A DNA stretch of 64,000 nucleotides from Macrostomum hystrix (Eukaryota; Animalia; Platyhelminthes): positions 3,534,001-3,598,000 of the forward strand of contig CATNEN010000001.1 in assembly GCA_950097015.1 (NCBI GenBank), in the 5' to 3' direction. The translations under genes were made by a program, and so were the position numbers. Of this stretch, positions 11,280-24,200 are shown piece after piece (positions within the stretch are counted from its first letter, which is position 1; each line of letters begins with the position of its first letter). Below the pieces are notes generated by a model. The model was given only the letters and a program-made list of their open reading frames with translations. It was not told the origin of the DNA and searched no databases.

Positions 11280-13854
11280 TTATGCTATGCATGATATAGT
11301 GCAAAAGAAGTGGAATGTAGCGAAGTCGGTGCTGGGAGGCAGATCCACACAATCATGGTGGAACCATCGAGGGCAGCCTTCGCATTGCACTCCCTGCACG
11401 TTTGCTGCACTTGGCAGAGGACACTGATCAGCAGCACAAAACGTGTGCACTACTTCATGATATCTACGCCCTTGTCCTCTGCGCCCTTGTCCGCGTCCTC
11501 GTCCGCGCCCTCGGCCACGACCTCGTCCACGACCTCGACTGTGATCATCGTTGGAGCCAGCATCAGCGTTAGTGGTGACGCCTGCAACAGTTAAGTCACT
11601 GGCAGTGGCCCTCCGACTAGACAACTTCCAAGGGCTCCATATGCGTGCATTAAAGCAAGTACAATCCTCTGATGCTCCTGTACAGATACAGCAAAGGTCG
11701 CGATAGATAATGCCATGCGCCGAAGACCTTGTTACGTGGTGCATCTTAGCGGCGCCTGGCATATCATTTAGGTTCACCAACAGGAACAGGTCAGTGAATT
11801 CTTTGATGTCTGTCGATTTAACTAACCATGTAAATACACGCAGAGCATCATCCTCTTTGACAGCCCACAGAACGTCCTCCGGCGTCACAACATCTCGCTT
11901 TGCAGCCACCACCGCATCGCATCTCCGCTTCACAGCTGCACCAACGCCATCTGCCGCACCCTTGCCGTGGCCAGCCTCAGTATAAATCCATTGCCAGTCT
12001 GAAATCGAAAAGCGCAGCATGAGACGCTGAAATACGTAAATCATCTTCCGGCTCCGATACTGACTCGAAGGCGAATCCGATATCATTGTAACCTTCGTCA
12101 ATGCAATGCCTTCTTCCTTGTACAACTTAAGAAAGTGGCCTATCACAGGCTTCAGGTGGGCGGCTATCCCATCAGCTGTCTTTGTCCTGTCTGCCGACAC
12201 AGAAACAAAGGAAAACGGTGGATGATCGGCCCGATAGGCAACACCCTGGTGGATGACAATCTGATTCTGCTCGCCAAAGTGTGTCGCCTGGACTTCTTTG
12301 TGGTACTTAGCGCCATAGTTCTCGGAAAAGTCTACGTGCAAGACAAGATGACCCGGCACGAGAGTTTGCTTGAGGCGCCGAATGCAACGTAGCTGATGCC
12401 GCAGGCGGAAAAAGTGGGCGGCAAAGTCGTCGAGTTGGTTAAGAAGCATGCTGACGGCCTCGTCGCAATTGACGGTCATTCTGACGACCTCTACGCCATT
12501 GCCGCTACTTCGTGATTGCCAGACGTCGAAGGTCACATCCGGCTTGTTAATTGCTGCGCTCGTCACAGGGGACAATCGTCTACAGGTTTCGCAGCGGCGC
12601 ATTAGACAATCAACCGACTCATCGGAGCAGACGATCGCATCCAGGAGATCGCGCAAGCTGCTTGTTTTCAAAAGCCGAGCCGAGTGCATCCCCTTGGCCA
12701 GGAACTCTAAGTTGGTACATTGCATGCACATGCAGATGTCGCGATCACACAGGCGAGGCTGAACAACATGCCAGGGCCTCAAGCGAAAGAATGTCGCCCG
12801 ACTGATCTTTACTCCAGGATTCTCTCGTTTGAATTTGGCATACAGCGCCTCGCCTGCGTAAAAATACGATTTTAAAGTTTAGAAGCGCTCTTTTACGCAG
12901 AACAATAGTTTACTGTTTACTTTTAGGAAGCAGAAAATGATATTAAAATTGTGATTTTATTTACTAGTTTGAATCTCTCAATGCACTACATATCTGCTTC
13001 CAATTTAAGTTCCTGGACTACATCTACGCTCGTAGAATGTATATTTGTATAACTGTTCATAAAATATACTGATTGCTTGCGTTTTGTAATCAAGCCCAGC
13101 GTACCATGTAATCAATGGACTTCATTTACCTGTGGACACAAGAAAGCGCTTCTGACGTGTCTCCTTGGTTTTCTTGCCAGCGATTACCACGAATCGCCTG
13201 ATGAAATGCTTCTTCGATGATGTCGAGCGGCTATTCTCATCATCGCACCAGAAGGCTTCTACAGATTCGTGAAGGGCTTTCGTGACTCGTCTGACAGGCG
13301 CCTTCAGAACCTTCGGGGACGCACCAAGCATCTGCATGACAGCCTTTCGCTTATCTGGTGGCGAGGCTTCACAAATTTCTCGGATGCTTTGACGAATATG
13401 CTTTTTGCGCCGCAGACCAGCTAAGGTCTCAACCAAGAAATTGCTCCGCCTGTCCAGATCCTCACAGCGCCGTTCAGCAGCAGCCGTTGCTTGATGCCCC
13501 TCAATAGCTGGACACGCAGAATGCTGATCCGCCTTTTTGCTTCAATCAGCTCATCATGCAGATTTCGAGCCTCTCTTTTAAGCTTCGTGCGCTCACGGAC
13601 ACGTGCTGCCTCAGAACGAGAAGTTGGTACGCGCTTAGATTGCTTAGGCGGATTATTGCCTGCGGTAATTCTACTGGTCTTCTTTTTGTGGTAGTAGGCA
13701 CGCTGATTTTCAAGGTAGCTGCTATGTGACCCAAAGTTCTTTTTAATGTATCTATCCTTTTTTGCTCGCAGCTTCTGCCGCTTACTAAGTGCAAAAGGCT
13801 TGCCCTGCGACGAGAGGATGAACAATGGTTGTAAGCATGCTTTACACGTAGATC
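11280..13854 (-). CDS. Sola2-like DDD transposase with C-terminal RG repeat and PHD-like finger; spliced, with one apparent frameshift
   Basis: Motifs VDFSENY, ISDSPSSQYR, EAGHGKGAADGVGAAVKR, upstream FWCDDENSR...RQKRFL and LYAKFKRENPGVKISRATFFRLRPW. GT-AG intron 13129-12854 joins the frames in phase 1. Frameshift at the G4 run 13497-13500. C-terminal C..C...VQCEGCPRWFHHDCV...FFCTISC. Confidence 0.8.
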
Positions 13855-14024
13855 CTGTATTAACATCTTAAATCCTTAATGCATAAACAGAGAACAAACA
13901 TTCTTAAAATAATATTTATTTCTTGACTCTTCCAATTGGGAGGAAATAATATTTATATTCAAATATTCAAAAAATGTAGTGATATAATTTTTTTGCACTA
14001 TTTTGGAATAAATATATTTGTCTA

Positions 14025-15325
14025 CGAGGGTCAGTCAAAAAGTTATGATAATACTGTTGTAATTCCTAAAATATATGGTGCATCGAAGTGAAACTGGTTT
14101 CATTTGAAAAATAGTCTTTTCCTCTTTATTTAATAGAATTTTGGTCACTCTAGAATGATATATGTCTGCTTGGTGAAGCTCTAAACACAGTATACCCCCT
14201 TCAGCCATGGAAAATTCAAAAATCGAAGCTCGCGTCAATGCAAAGTTTCTAGTGAAACTTGGCTGGAAGCCAGCCGACATTATCGAGGCCTTCAAGAAGG
14301 TCTATGGTGATACTGCGCCATCTGATCCGACGCTTTACCGCTGGATTCAAGCCTTTAAGGAAGGCCGAGAATCCGTGGAAGATGCCCAGCGGTCTGGCAG
14401 GCCAACGACATCGAGCACAGAGGACAATGTGGCGGCTGTGCAGCAGCTGATTGATCAGGATCGCCGTGTGACTATCGATGAGATAGCTGAGGTAGTGGGT
14501 ATCTCTAACGGCAGTGCCCACTCGATTGTCACCATCAGCCTTGGTCTGAGCAAGCTGAGTGCCCGCTGGGTACCGCGGCTGTTGCGGCCTGAACACCGGG
14601 TTCAGCGCACTGAATGTGCCATCAGCCTGCTGAACCGCCTGGACGCCAACTCCGAAGACTTCTACCAGCGATTGGTGACCGGCGATGAAACGTGGATATA
14701 TCAGTACGATCCCGAGTCCAAAGTCCAGTCTAAGGAGTGGCTGCCACGTGGTTCAGCGGGTCCCAAGAAGTTCCGTGCCGAGCGGTCAGCAGCGAAGGTC
14801 TTGGCGACTGTGTTCTGGGATGCTGACGGAGTTGTGATGGTTGACTTCCTAGAAAGCCAGAAAACCATCAACGCCATCTACTACGAGTCGCTTTTGCGAA
14901 AGCTCCGCACCGAACTGGCCAAAAAGCGACCTGGCAAGCTGCACCGTGGAGTGCTCTTCCACCACGACAATGCACCAGCCCACACTTCTCGACTGTGCCG
15001 GGAGGCTCTGCGAGATTTCCGCTGGGAAATACTTCAGCATCCTCCGTACAGCCCTGATTTGGCTCCTTCAGACTTTTTTTTGTTTCCAAAGCTGAAGGAG
15101 GCGATCAAGGGAGTTCGACATGACAGCAAGGAGGCTGCCAAGAAGGCTACCGTACAGTGGCTTGCTGCGCAGCCTCCTGCCTTCTACATGAATGGCCTGG
15201 AGAGATGGCGACACCGCATGGAGAAGTGTCTGACCCTGGAGGGGGATTATGTAGAAAAGTAGATTTGTGCGTGAAGCTTGAAGCTCGTGACAATAATATT
15301 ATCATTACTTTTTGACTGACCCTCG
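14025..15325 (+). mobile_element. Full-length mariner element (1301 bp)
   Basis: 29-bp TIRs CGAGGGTCAGTCAAAAAGT(T/A)ATGATAATA with one mismatch; TA on both sides (14023-24, 15326-27). Confidence 0.97.
14207..15262 (+). CDS. Mariner DD34D transposase, 351 aa, intact; irritans/Hsmar2-like
   Basis: WVPRLL, TGDETW, HHDNAPAH and YSPDLAPSDFFLF motifs. The N-terminus IEARVNAKFLVKLGWK resembles Hsmar2 as recalled, not aligned. Confidence 0.97.
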   Translation: MENSKIEARVNAKFLVKLGWKPADIIEAFKKVYGDTAPSDPTLYRWIQAFKEGRESVEDAQRSGRPTTSSTEDNVAAVQQLIDQDRRVTIDEIAEVVGISNGSAHSIVTISLGLSKLSARWVPRLLRPEHRVQRTECAISLLNRLDANSEDFYQRLVTGDETWIYQYDPESKVQSKEWLPRGSAGPKKFRAERSAAKVLATVFWDADGVVMVDFLESQKTINAIYYESLLRKLRTELAKKRPGKLHRGVLFHHDNAPAHTSRLCREALRDFRWEILQHPPYSPDLAPSDFFLFPKLKEAIKGVRHDSKEAAKKATVQWLAAQPPAFYMNGLERWRHRMEKCLTLEGDYVEK

Positions 15326-16996
15326 TATAATGCATAAACCTATTGAAATTTATTGAGGCCTATAATTTGAAATCTGTTTATGTCGATGCAAAATGAAAAA
15401 AATCATTTGCAATAATTAAAGTAATCAACATTTTTGTTGATTTTCACGCTCCAATGCACAATAGGTAATTGTCTAGCTTGGTTACAAAACCAAAATAAAA
15501 TGTATACAGACATTTACTTACAAATACACCCCTTATTTTTTAAATATAAGGTTTTGAGAAAATTAAAAAAAAGCATTTGATCATTACATTCAGCTAAACT
15601 TGGCTATAAAATTTCAGCACATTTTTCGCACTTAGTGTAGTGCTAGTGTGATTACAGAAAGTTAGTTTTGTGCTAAAATATTATAACTTTTGTCGAAATG
15701 CCAAATGTGATTAAAAATAACGCCATTTTATGCACTTCTACTAGTACACGGAAAATATATAACTGCAGTACTGATGTGGAAGTAGTTAAATTATGTGGAA
15801 GTGCAGCATTATTTTTTCTATTTTTCTTCTTTTAAGTACGAATTAAAACATGAAGACTTATACGGGCCAAGAATTGGGTATTGATAGCAGTAAAAGTTCT
15901 CGCCAAAAAAATACTAAATACAATTTCAATTATTAGATGAAGCTATCATGCTTAAAGTATATGACTATAAGTTTAATCTAAGACATAAATCTGCTTTATA
16001 ACTTCAGTTTTTTCTTCTGAATCTTTTTAAAATAACTAATGGCGGCCATTTTGAAACCGTGACTGATAGCTCTTTTTTAAATAATCGCCTCGAAAAATAT
16101 CGCTGAATATTTTAAAAGCAATTGTAAGCAATTACTTACTGCTTAAAATACACCTAAAGCATTTTATTTTTCTAAATAGTATATTATTAGAAATACTTAA
16201 TTGAAAGCTAAGATGAAAAAAAAATTGTTTAAATTCAATGGTCAGCCTAAAATTGAGACGAGGCCAGCAAGACAAAAATCATTATTTTTAAAGCATAAAA
16301 GTAACTTAAAAGAAAGGTTGAAGCGAAAATAGTTCGCTAGAAGATTTTTTTTAAACACATACTACATAAAAACGGCAAAACAGCGTTTAAATTTTGTAGG
16401 GTACGAAGTGCAATGCCTCACACCAGTATCTAAATGTTTTACTTTGTTCAGAGTTACATAAAGTTTCCGGAACATTTAACCTTTTCGACAGAAATCAACA
16501 TGATAAATAATCGACCAATTTATAAATCTAATTGATGCAAAGTCATTGCATTCTGTCGCAAAAGCAGTATAATCGCACGAGTTCAACCTACTGAAACATC
16601 GATTTAGTTAATTCATCTAGAAATATTATATATTTTTAATAAAAGTGTCTGAGCTTTCGTGTTCTGCTACAAAGTAGGGAAACCGTAAGACTTTCTGGTA
16701 TATTAGGTCTTAATTTAATAATTCTAGAAAAACCAAGGTATTCCACATAATTAGCTACGAAACACATTATTTTGCTTTCTTGAAGATCGGCTCGATATTA
16801 CCCGCAACTTACGTATGTAAACCGTAACGTACTCGTAGCTTTCAAGTTTAAAAAAACAAAATCGTAATAAAGGTATAGGCTACTTAATACTGCTTTGAAA
16901 AAACAAATAATTATGTTCTTAAACATATACATAAAGAAGGCTCTGCAGATTTTTTTGGCGCGGTTTAAATAATTTCAGATGCATGTTCGTCGGAGT

Positions 16997-18270
16997 CACC
17001 CGTGTTTACAGCCTTAGAGCCTTTACGATCATGACAGTAACGCCGCCTATTTGGCTCAGCGAACATGATCGATGATCAAAGATCATGTTCGCTATAGCCA
17101 ATTAGGCTTTATAATGTATTTAGATACAGCACTTCCGATGGCTCAAGATATGGCAGCGTTTTAAATAGAGAATTTTTTATATAATGGGAAATAGGAACGG
17201 AATTTTTCCAGTTAAAGCTAGGTAGTATTAGTAAAAAGGGACGAATTAGAGCTTTGAAAGAATTGTTCTAATAATTTGCTAATCATGTTCTAATCATGCA
17301 GTAGAAGATGGCAGCTTTTTAAATAGAATATTTAGCTATAAAGTTGATTGCCAATTGCCAAGTATTTGACAGGTTGCTAAATGGGTAGATGCATGCCTAT
17401 CAGTAAAATTGTCTACACACTCTATGAAGAAATTTATCAGCTATTTTGATAAAAAACACTAAATAGCCTTTGCAATTGATTCTTTTTTATAATTCAAATA
17501 TACAACCCATTTAACTGGAATGTTCCATAAATAAGTTTTGAATTGTGGTTTCATTAGGCCTACCATTTACCAAATTTTCCATGTGCTACAATTGCTAGGA
17601 CAGGACACTCGATTAGCTAAAAGTAGTAGGCCTAGCTAAAAAGTTTCAAACTTCTTAGGCATTTAATATAGAAATGCAAGTTTTATGGAACTTTTTTAAT
17701 TCAAAAATATCATACTTGCTTTTTAGCTATTAAAGTAACCAAGCATTTCATTTTTAGTATATAAGAAGATGCTATAGTATAGGCCTATTGTTTTTCCCCA
17801 CAAAAAATCTTAGCCTTATAATTTTATGCAAATGTATATAAATATATATTCAATGTATTAATTACCATGTTGTTTCTTATTGATACAAAAGTTTATTTAA
17901 TAGCTAGGCCTAAGTACATAATTATTACTAATTAAGTAATTATTGACTTATTTAATTTTCAAGATTAGAAATTTTTATAAGCTCAGGTTTATAAAGTAGT
18001 TATAAAGTAGCAGGTTTATAAAGTTTTTATACTAGCTATTCCTACTGTTTTTCATTCTTAAAAATATTTAATATATTAGTTTTGTATAATGCTCTTTTCT
18101 TTTATTATTTAGCTACTTAGTAAGAGCTTTAGCCGCCCATTTGAGCCCTTTTAAGTTTAGGGATCAATAGCAAAGCTTTAGTTTAGAAAAGGCAGTGAAG
18201 CTTAAAAAAATAGGGACTTTTTGTGTAAAGCAGCAGGGCTTCAGGGCATGCAGCGGAGCTTCAGAGCGGA
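16997..18270 (+). repeat. Left terminal inverted repeat (about 1.27 kb, running into the 20-bp satellite)
   Basis: Reverse complement of about 37045-38318. In spot comparisons by eye only one substitution and one 1-bp indel were noticed. Confidence 0.95.
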
Positions 18271-21200
18271 GCTTCAGGGCAGGTGGCGGAGCTTCATGGT
18301 AGGCAGCCAAGCTTCAGGGCAGGCAGCAGAGCTATAGGGTAGGCAGTGGAGCTTCAGGGTAGGCAGCCGAGCTACAGGGCAGGCAGCAGAGCTACAGGGC
18401 AGGCAGCAGAGCTTCAGGGCAGGCAGCCGAGCTACAGGGCAGGCAGCAGAGCTACAGGGCAGGCAGCGGAGCTTCAGTGCAGGTGGCAGAGCTTCATGGT
18501 AAGCAGCCAAGCTACAGGGCAGGCAGCGGAGCTTCAGGGCAGGTGGCGGAGCTTCATGGTAGGCAGCCAAGCATCAGGGCAGGCAGCAGAGCTATTGGGC
18601 AGGCAGCAGAGCTTCAGGGCAGGCAGCGGAGCTTCAGGGCAGGCGGCGGAGCTACAGGGCAGGCAGCGGAGCTTCAGGGCAGGTGGCGGAGCTTCATGGT
18701 AGGCAGCCGAGCTTCAGGGCAGGCAGCGGAGCTTCAGGGCAGGTGGCGGAGCTTCAGTGTAGGCAGCCGAGCTACAGGGCAGGCAGCGGAGCTTCAGGGC
18801 AGGTGGCGGAGCTTCAGGGTAGGTGGCGGAGCTTCAGGGTAGGCAGCCGAGCTTCAGGGCAGGCAGCAGAGCTTCAGGGCAGGCAGCAGAGCTTCAGGGC
18901 AGGCGGCGGAGCTTCAGGGCAGGCGACGGAGCTTTAGGGCAGGCAGCGGAGATTAAGGAATAGACAGCGGAGTTTCATGGCAGGCAGCCGAGCTACAGGG
19001 CAGGCAGCAGAGCTTCAGGGTAGGCAGCCGAGCTACAGGGCAGGCAGCGGAGCTACAGGGCAGGTGGCGGAGCTTCAGGGTAGGCAGCCGAGCTTCAGGG
19101 CAGGCAGCGGAGCTTCAGGGCAGGTGGCGGAGCTTCAGGGTAGGTGGCGGAGCTTCAGGGTAGGCAGCCGAGCTTCAGGGCAGGCAGCGGAGCTTCAGGG
19201 CAGGTGGCGGAGCTTCAGGGTAGGCAGCCGAGCTACAGGGCAAGTGGCGGAGCTTCAGGGTAGGCAGCCGAGAATCAGGGCAGGCAGCGGAGCTTCAGGG
19301 CAGGTGACGGAGCTTCAGGGCAGGTGGCGGAGCTTCATGGTAGGCAGCCGAGCTTCAGGGCAGGCAGCGGAGCTTCAGGGCAGGTGGCGGAGCTTCATGG
19401 TAGGCAGCCGAGCTTCAGGGCAGGCAGCGGAGCTTCAGGGCAGGTGGCGGAGCTTTAGGGTAGGCAGCCGAGCTACAGGGCAGGTGTCGGAGCTTCAGTG
19501 CAGGTGGCGGAGCTTCAGGGTAGGCAGCCGAGCTTCAGGGCAGGCAGCAGAGCTTCAGGGCAGGCAGCAGAGCTTCAGGGCAGGCGGCGGAGCTTCAGGG
19601 CAGGCGACGGAGCTTTTGGGCAGGCAGCGGAGATTAAGGAATAGACAGCGGAGTTTCATGGCAGGCAGCCGAGCTACAGGGCAGGCAGCAGAGCTTCAGG
19701 GTAGGCAGCCGAGCTACAGGGCAGGCAGCGGAGCTACAAGGCAGGTGGCGGAGCTTCAGGGTAGGCAGCAGAGCTTCAGGGCAGGCGGCGGAGCTTCAGG
19801 GCAGGCGACGGAGCTTTAGGGCAGGCAGCGGAGATTAAGGAATAGACAGCGGAGTTTCATGGCAGGCAGCCGAGCTACAGGGCAGGCAGGAGAGCTTCAG
19901 GGTAGGCAGCCGAGCTACAGGGCAGGCAGCGGAGCTACAGGGCAGGTGGCGGAGCTTCAGGGTAGGCAGCCGAGCTTCAGTGCAGGCAGCGGAGCTTCAG
20001 GGCAGGTTGCGGAGCTTCAGGGTAGGTGGCGGAGCTTCAGGGTAGGCAGCCGAGCTACAGGGCAGGCAGCGGACCTACAGGGCAGGTGGCGGAGCTTCAG
20101 GGCAGGCAGCGGAGCTTCAGGGCAGGTGGCGGAGCTTCAGGGTAGGTGGCGGAGCTTCAGGGTAGGCAGCCGAGCTTCAGGGCAGGCAGCGGAGCTTCAG
20201 GGCAGGTGGCGGAGCTTCAGGGTAGGCAGCCGAGCTACAGGGCAGGTGGCGGAGCTTCAGGGTAGGCAGCCGAGAATCAGGGCAGGCAGCGGAGCTTCAG
20301 GGCAGGTGACGGAGCTTCAGGGCAGGTGGCGGAGCTTCATGGTAGGCAGCCGAGCTTCAGGGCAGGCAGCGGAGCTTCAGGGCAGGTGGCGGAGCTTCAG
20401 TGTAGGCAGCCGAGCTACAGGGCAGGCAGCGGAGCTTCAGGGCAGGTGGCGGAGCTTCAGGGTCGGTGGCGGAGCTTCAGGGTAGGCAGCCGAGAATCAG
20501 GGCAGGCAGCGGAGCTTCAGGGCAGGCAGCAGAGCTTCAGGGCAGGCGGCGGAGCTTCAGGGCAGGCGACGGAGCTTTAGGGCAGGCAGCGGAGATTAAG
20601 GAATAGACAGCGGAGTTTCATGGCAGGTTGCGGAGCTTCAGGGTAGGTGGCGGAGCTTCAGGGTAGGCAGCCGAGCTACAGGGCAGGCAGCGGAGCTACA
20701 GGGCAGGTGGCGGAGCTTCAGGGCAGGCAGCGGAGCTTCAGGGCAGGTGGCGGAGCTTCAGGGTAGGTGGCGGAGCTTCAGGGTAGGCAGCCGAGCTTCA
20801 GGGCAGGCAGCGGAGCTTCAGGGCAGGTGGCGGAGCTTCAGGGTAGGCAGCCGAGCTACAGGGCAGGTGGCGGAGCTTCAGGGTAGGCAGCCGAGAATCA
20901 GGGCAGGCAGCGGAGCTTCAGGGCAGGTGACGGAGCTTCAGGGCAGGTGGCGGAGCTTCATGGTAGGCAGCCGAGCTTCAGGGCAGGCAGCGGAGCTTCA
21001 GGGCAGGTGGCGGAGCTTCAGTGTAGGCAGCCGAGCTACAGGGCAGGCAGCGGAGCTTCAGGGCAGGTGGCGGAGCTTCAGGGTCGGTGGCGGAGCTTCA
21101 GGGTAGGCAGCCGAGAATCAGGGCAGGCAGCGGAGCTTCAGGGCAGGCAGCAGAGCTTCAGGGCAGGCGGCGGAGCTTCAGGGCAGGCGACGGAGCTTTA

Positions 21201-24200
21201 GGGCAGGCAGCGGAGATTAAGGAATAGACAGCGGAGTTTCATGGCAGGCAGCCGAGCTACAGGGCAGGCAGCAGAGCTTCAGGGTAGGCAGCCGAGCTAC
21301 AGGGCAGGCAGCGGAGCTACAGGGCAGGTGGCGGAGCTTCAGGGTAGGTGGCGGAGCTTCAGGGCAGGTGGCGGAGCTTCAGGGTAGGTGGCGGAGCTAC
21401 AGGGCAGGTGGCGGAGCTTCAGGGTAGGCAGCCGAGCTACAGGGCAGGTGTTGGAGCTTAAGTGTAGGCAGCCGAGCTACAGGGCAGGCAGCAGAGCTTC
21501 AGGGTAGGCAGCCGAGCTACAGGGCAGACAGCGGAGCTACAGGGCAGGTGGCGGAGCTTCAGGGTAGGCAGCCGAGCTTCAGGGCAGGCAGCGGAGCTTC
21601 AGGGCAGGTGGCGGAGCTTCAGGGCAGGCGGCGGAGCTACAGGGCAGGTGGCGGAGCTTCAGGGCAGGCGGCGGAGCTACAGGGCAGGTGGCGGAGCTTC
21701 AGGGTAGGTGGCGGAGCTTCAGGGTAGGCAGCCGAGCTTCAGGGCAGGCAGCAGAGCTTCAGGGCAGGCACCAGAGCTTCAGGGTAGGCAGCCGAGCTTC
21801 AGGGTAGGCAGCCGAGCTACAGGGCAGACAGCGGAGCTACAGGGCAGGTGGCGGAGCTTCAGGGTAGGCAGCCGAGCTTCAGGGCAGGCAGCGGAGCTTC
21901 AGGGCAGGTGGCGGAGCTTCAGGGCAGGCGGCGGAGCTACAGGGCAGGTGGCGGAGCTTCAGGGCAGGCGGCGGAGCTACAGGGCAGGTGGCGGAGCTTC
22001 AGGGTAGGTGGCGGAGCTTCAGGGTAGGCAGCCGAGCTTCAGGGCAGGCAGCAGAGCTTCAGGGCAGGCACCAGAGCTTCAGGGTAGGCAGCCGAGCTAC
22101 AGGGCAGGCAGCGGAGCTACAGGGCAGGTGGCGGAGCTTCAGGGTAGGCAGCCGAGCTTCAGGGCAGGCAGCGGAGCTTCAGGGCAGTTGGCGGAGCTTC
22201 AGGGTAGGTGGCGGAGCTTCATGGTAGGCAGCCGAGCTACAGGGCAGGCAGCGGAGCTACAGGGCAGGTGGCGGAGCTTCAGGGTAGGCAGCCGAGCTAC
22301 AGGGCAGGTGTCGGAGCTTAAGTGTAGGCAGCCGAGCTACAGGGCAGGCAGCGGAGCTTCAGGGCAGGTGGCGGAGCTACAGGGCAGGCAGCAGAGCTTC
22401 AGGGTAGATGGCGGAGCTTCAGGGTAGGCAGCCGAGCTTCAGGGCAGGCAGCGGAGCTTCAGGGCAGGTGGCGGAGCTTCAGGGTAGGCAGCCGAGCTAC
22501 AGGGCAGGTGGCGGAGCTTCAGGGCAGGCAGCCGAGCTACAGGGCAGGCAGCAGAGCTTCAGGGCAGGCAGCAGAGCTTCAGGGCAGGCGGCGGAGCTTC
22601 AGGGCAGGCGACGGAGCTTTAGGGCAGGCAGCGGAGATTAAGGAATAGACAGCGGAGTTTCATGGCGGGCAGCCGAGCTACAGGGCAGGCAGCAGAGCTT
22701 CAGGGTAGGCAGCCGAGCTACAGGGCAGGCAGCGGAGCTACAGGGCAGGTGGCGTAGCTTCAGGGTAGGCAGCCGAGCTTCAGGGCAGGCAGCGGAGCTT
22801 CAGGGCAGGTGGCGGAGCTTCAGGGTAGGCAGCCGAGCTACAGGGCAGGTGGCGGAGCTTTAGGGGAGGCAGCCGAGAATCAGGGCAGGCAGGGGAGCTT
22901 CAGGGCAGGTGACGGAGCTTTAGGGCAGGCAGCGGAGATTAAGGAATAGACAGCGGAGCTTCAGGGCAGGCTACGGAGGTTTAGGGCAGGCAGTGGAGCT
23001 TCAGGGGAAGACAGCAGAGCTTCAGGGCAGGTGGCGGAGCTTCAGGGTAGGCAGCCGAGCTACAGGGCAGGTGGCGGAGCTTTAGGGGAGGCAGCCGAGA
23101 ATCAGGGCAGGCAGGGGAGCTTCAGGGCAGGTGACGGAGCTTCAGGGCAGGTGGCGGAGCTTCATGGTAGGCAGCCGAGCTTCAGGGCAGGCAGCGGAGC
23201 TTCAGGGCAGGTGGCGGAGCTTCAGTGTAGGCAGCCGAGCTACAGGGCAGGCAGCGGAGCTTCAGGGCAGGTGGCGGAGCTTCAGGGTCGGTGGCGGAGC
23301 TTCAGGGTAGGCAGCCGAGAATCAGGGCAGGCAGCGGAGCTTCAGGGCAGGCAGCAGAGCTTCAGGGCAGGCGGCGGAGCTTCAGGGCAGGCGACGGAGC
23401 TTTAGGGCAGGCAGCGGAGATTAAGGAATAGACAGCGGAGTTTCATGGCAGGCAGCCGAGCTACAGGGCAGGCAGCAGAGCTTCAGGGTAGGCAGCCGAG
23501 CTACAGGGCAGGCAGCGGAGCTACAGGGCAGGTGGCGGAGCTTCAGGGTAGGTGGCGGAGCTTCAGGGCAGGTGGCGGAGCTTCAGGGTAGGTGGCGGAG
23601 CTACAGGGCAGGTGGCGGAGCTTCAGGGTAGGCAGCCGAGCTACAGGGCAGGTGTTGGAGCTTAAGTGTAGGCAGCCGAGCTACAGGGCAGGCAGCAGAG
23701 CTTCAGGGTAGGCAGCCGAGCTACAGGGCAGACAGCGGAGCTACAGGGCAGGTGGCGGAGCTTCAGGGTAGGCAGCCGAGCTTCAGGGCAGGCAGCGGAG
23801 CTTCAGGGCAGGTGGCGGAGCTTCAGGGCAGGCGGCGGAGCTACAGGGCAGGTGGCGGAGCTTCAGGGCAGGCGGCGGAGCTACAGGGCAGGTGGCGGAG
23901 CTTCAGGGTAGGTGGCGGAGCTTCAGGGTAGGCAGCCGAGCTTCAGGGCAGGCAGCAGAGCTTCAGGGCAGGCACCAGAGCTTCAGGGTAGGCAGCCGAG
24001 CTTCAGGGTAGGCAGCCGAGCTACAGGGCAGACAGCGGAGCTACAGGGCAGGTGGCGGAGCTTCAGGGTAGGCAGCCGAGCTTCAGGGCAGGCAGCGGAG
24101 CTTCAGGGCAGGTGGCGGAGCTTCAGGGCAGGCGGCGGAGCTACAGGGCAGGTGGCGGAGCTTCAGGGCAGGCGGCGGAGCTACAGGGCAGGTGGCGGAG

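Noticed and set aside
9858-16992. Possible TIRs of the Sola2-like element (9860 vs 16256-16268; 9901-9920 vs 16972-16992)
   Set aside because: The matches are short and imperfect with no TSD, so the ends could not be supported.
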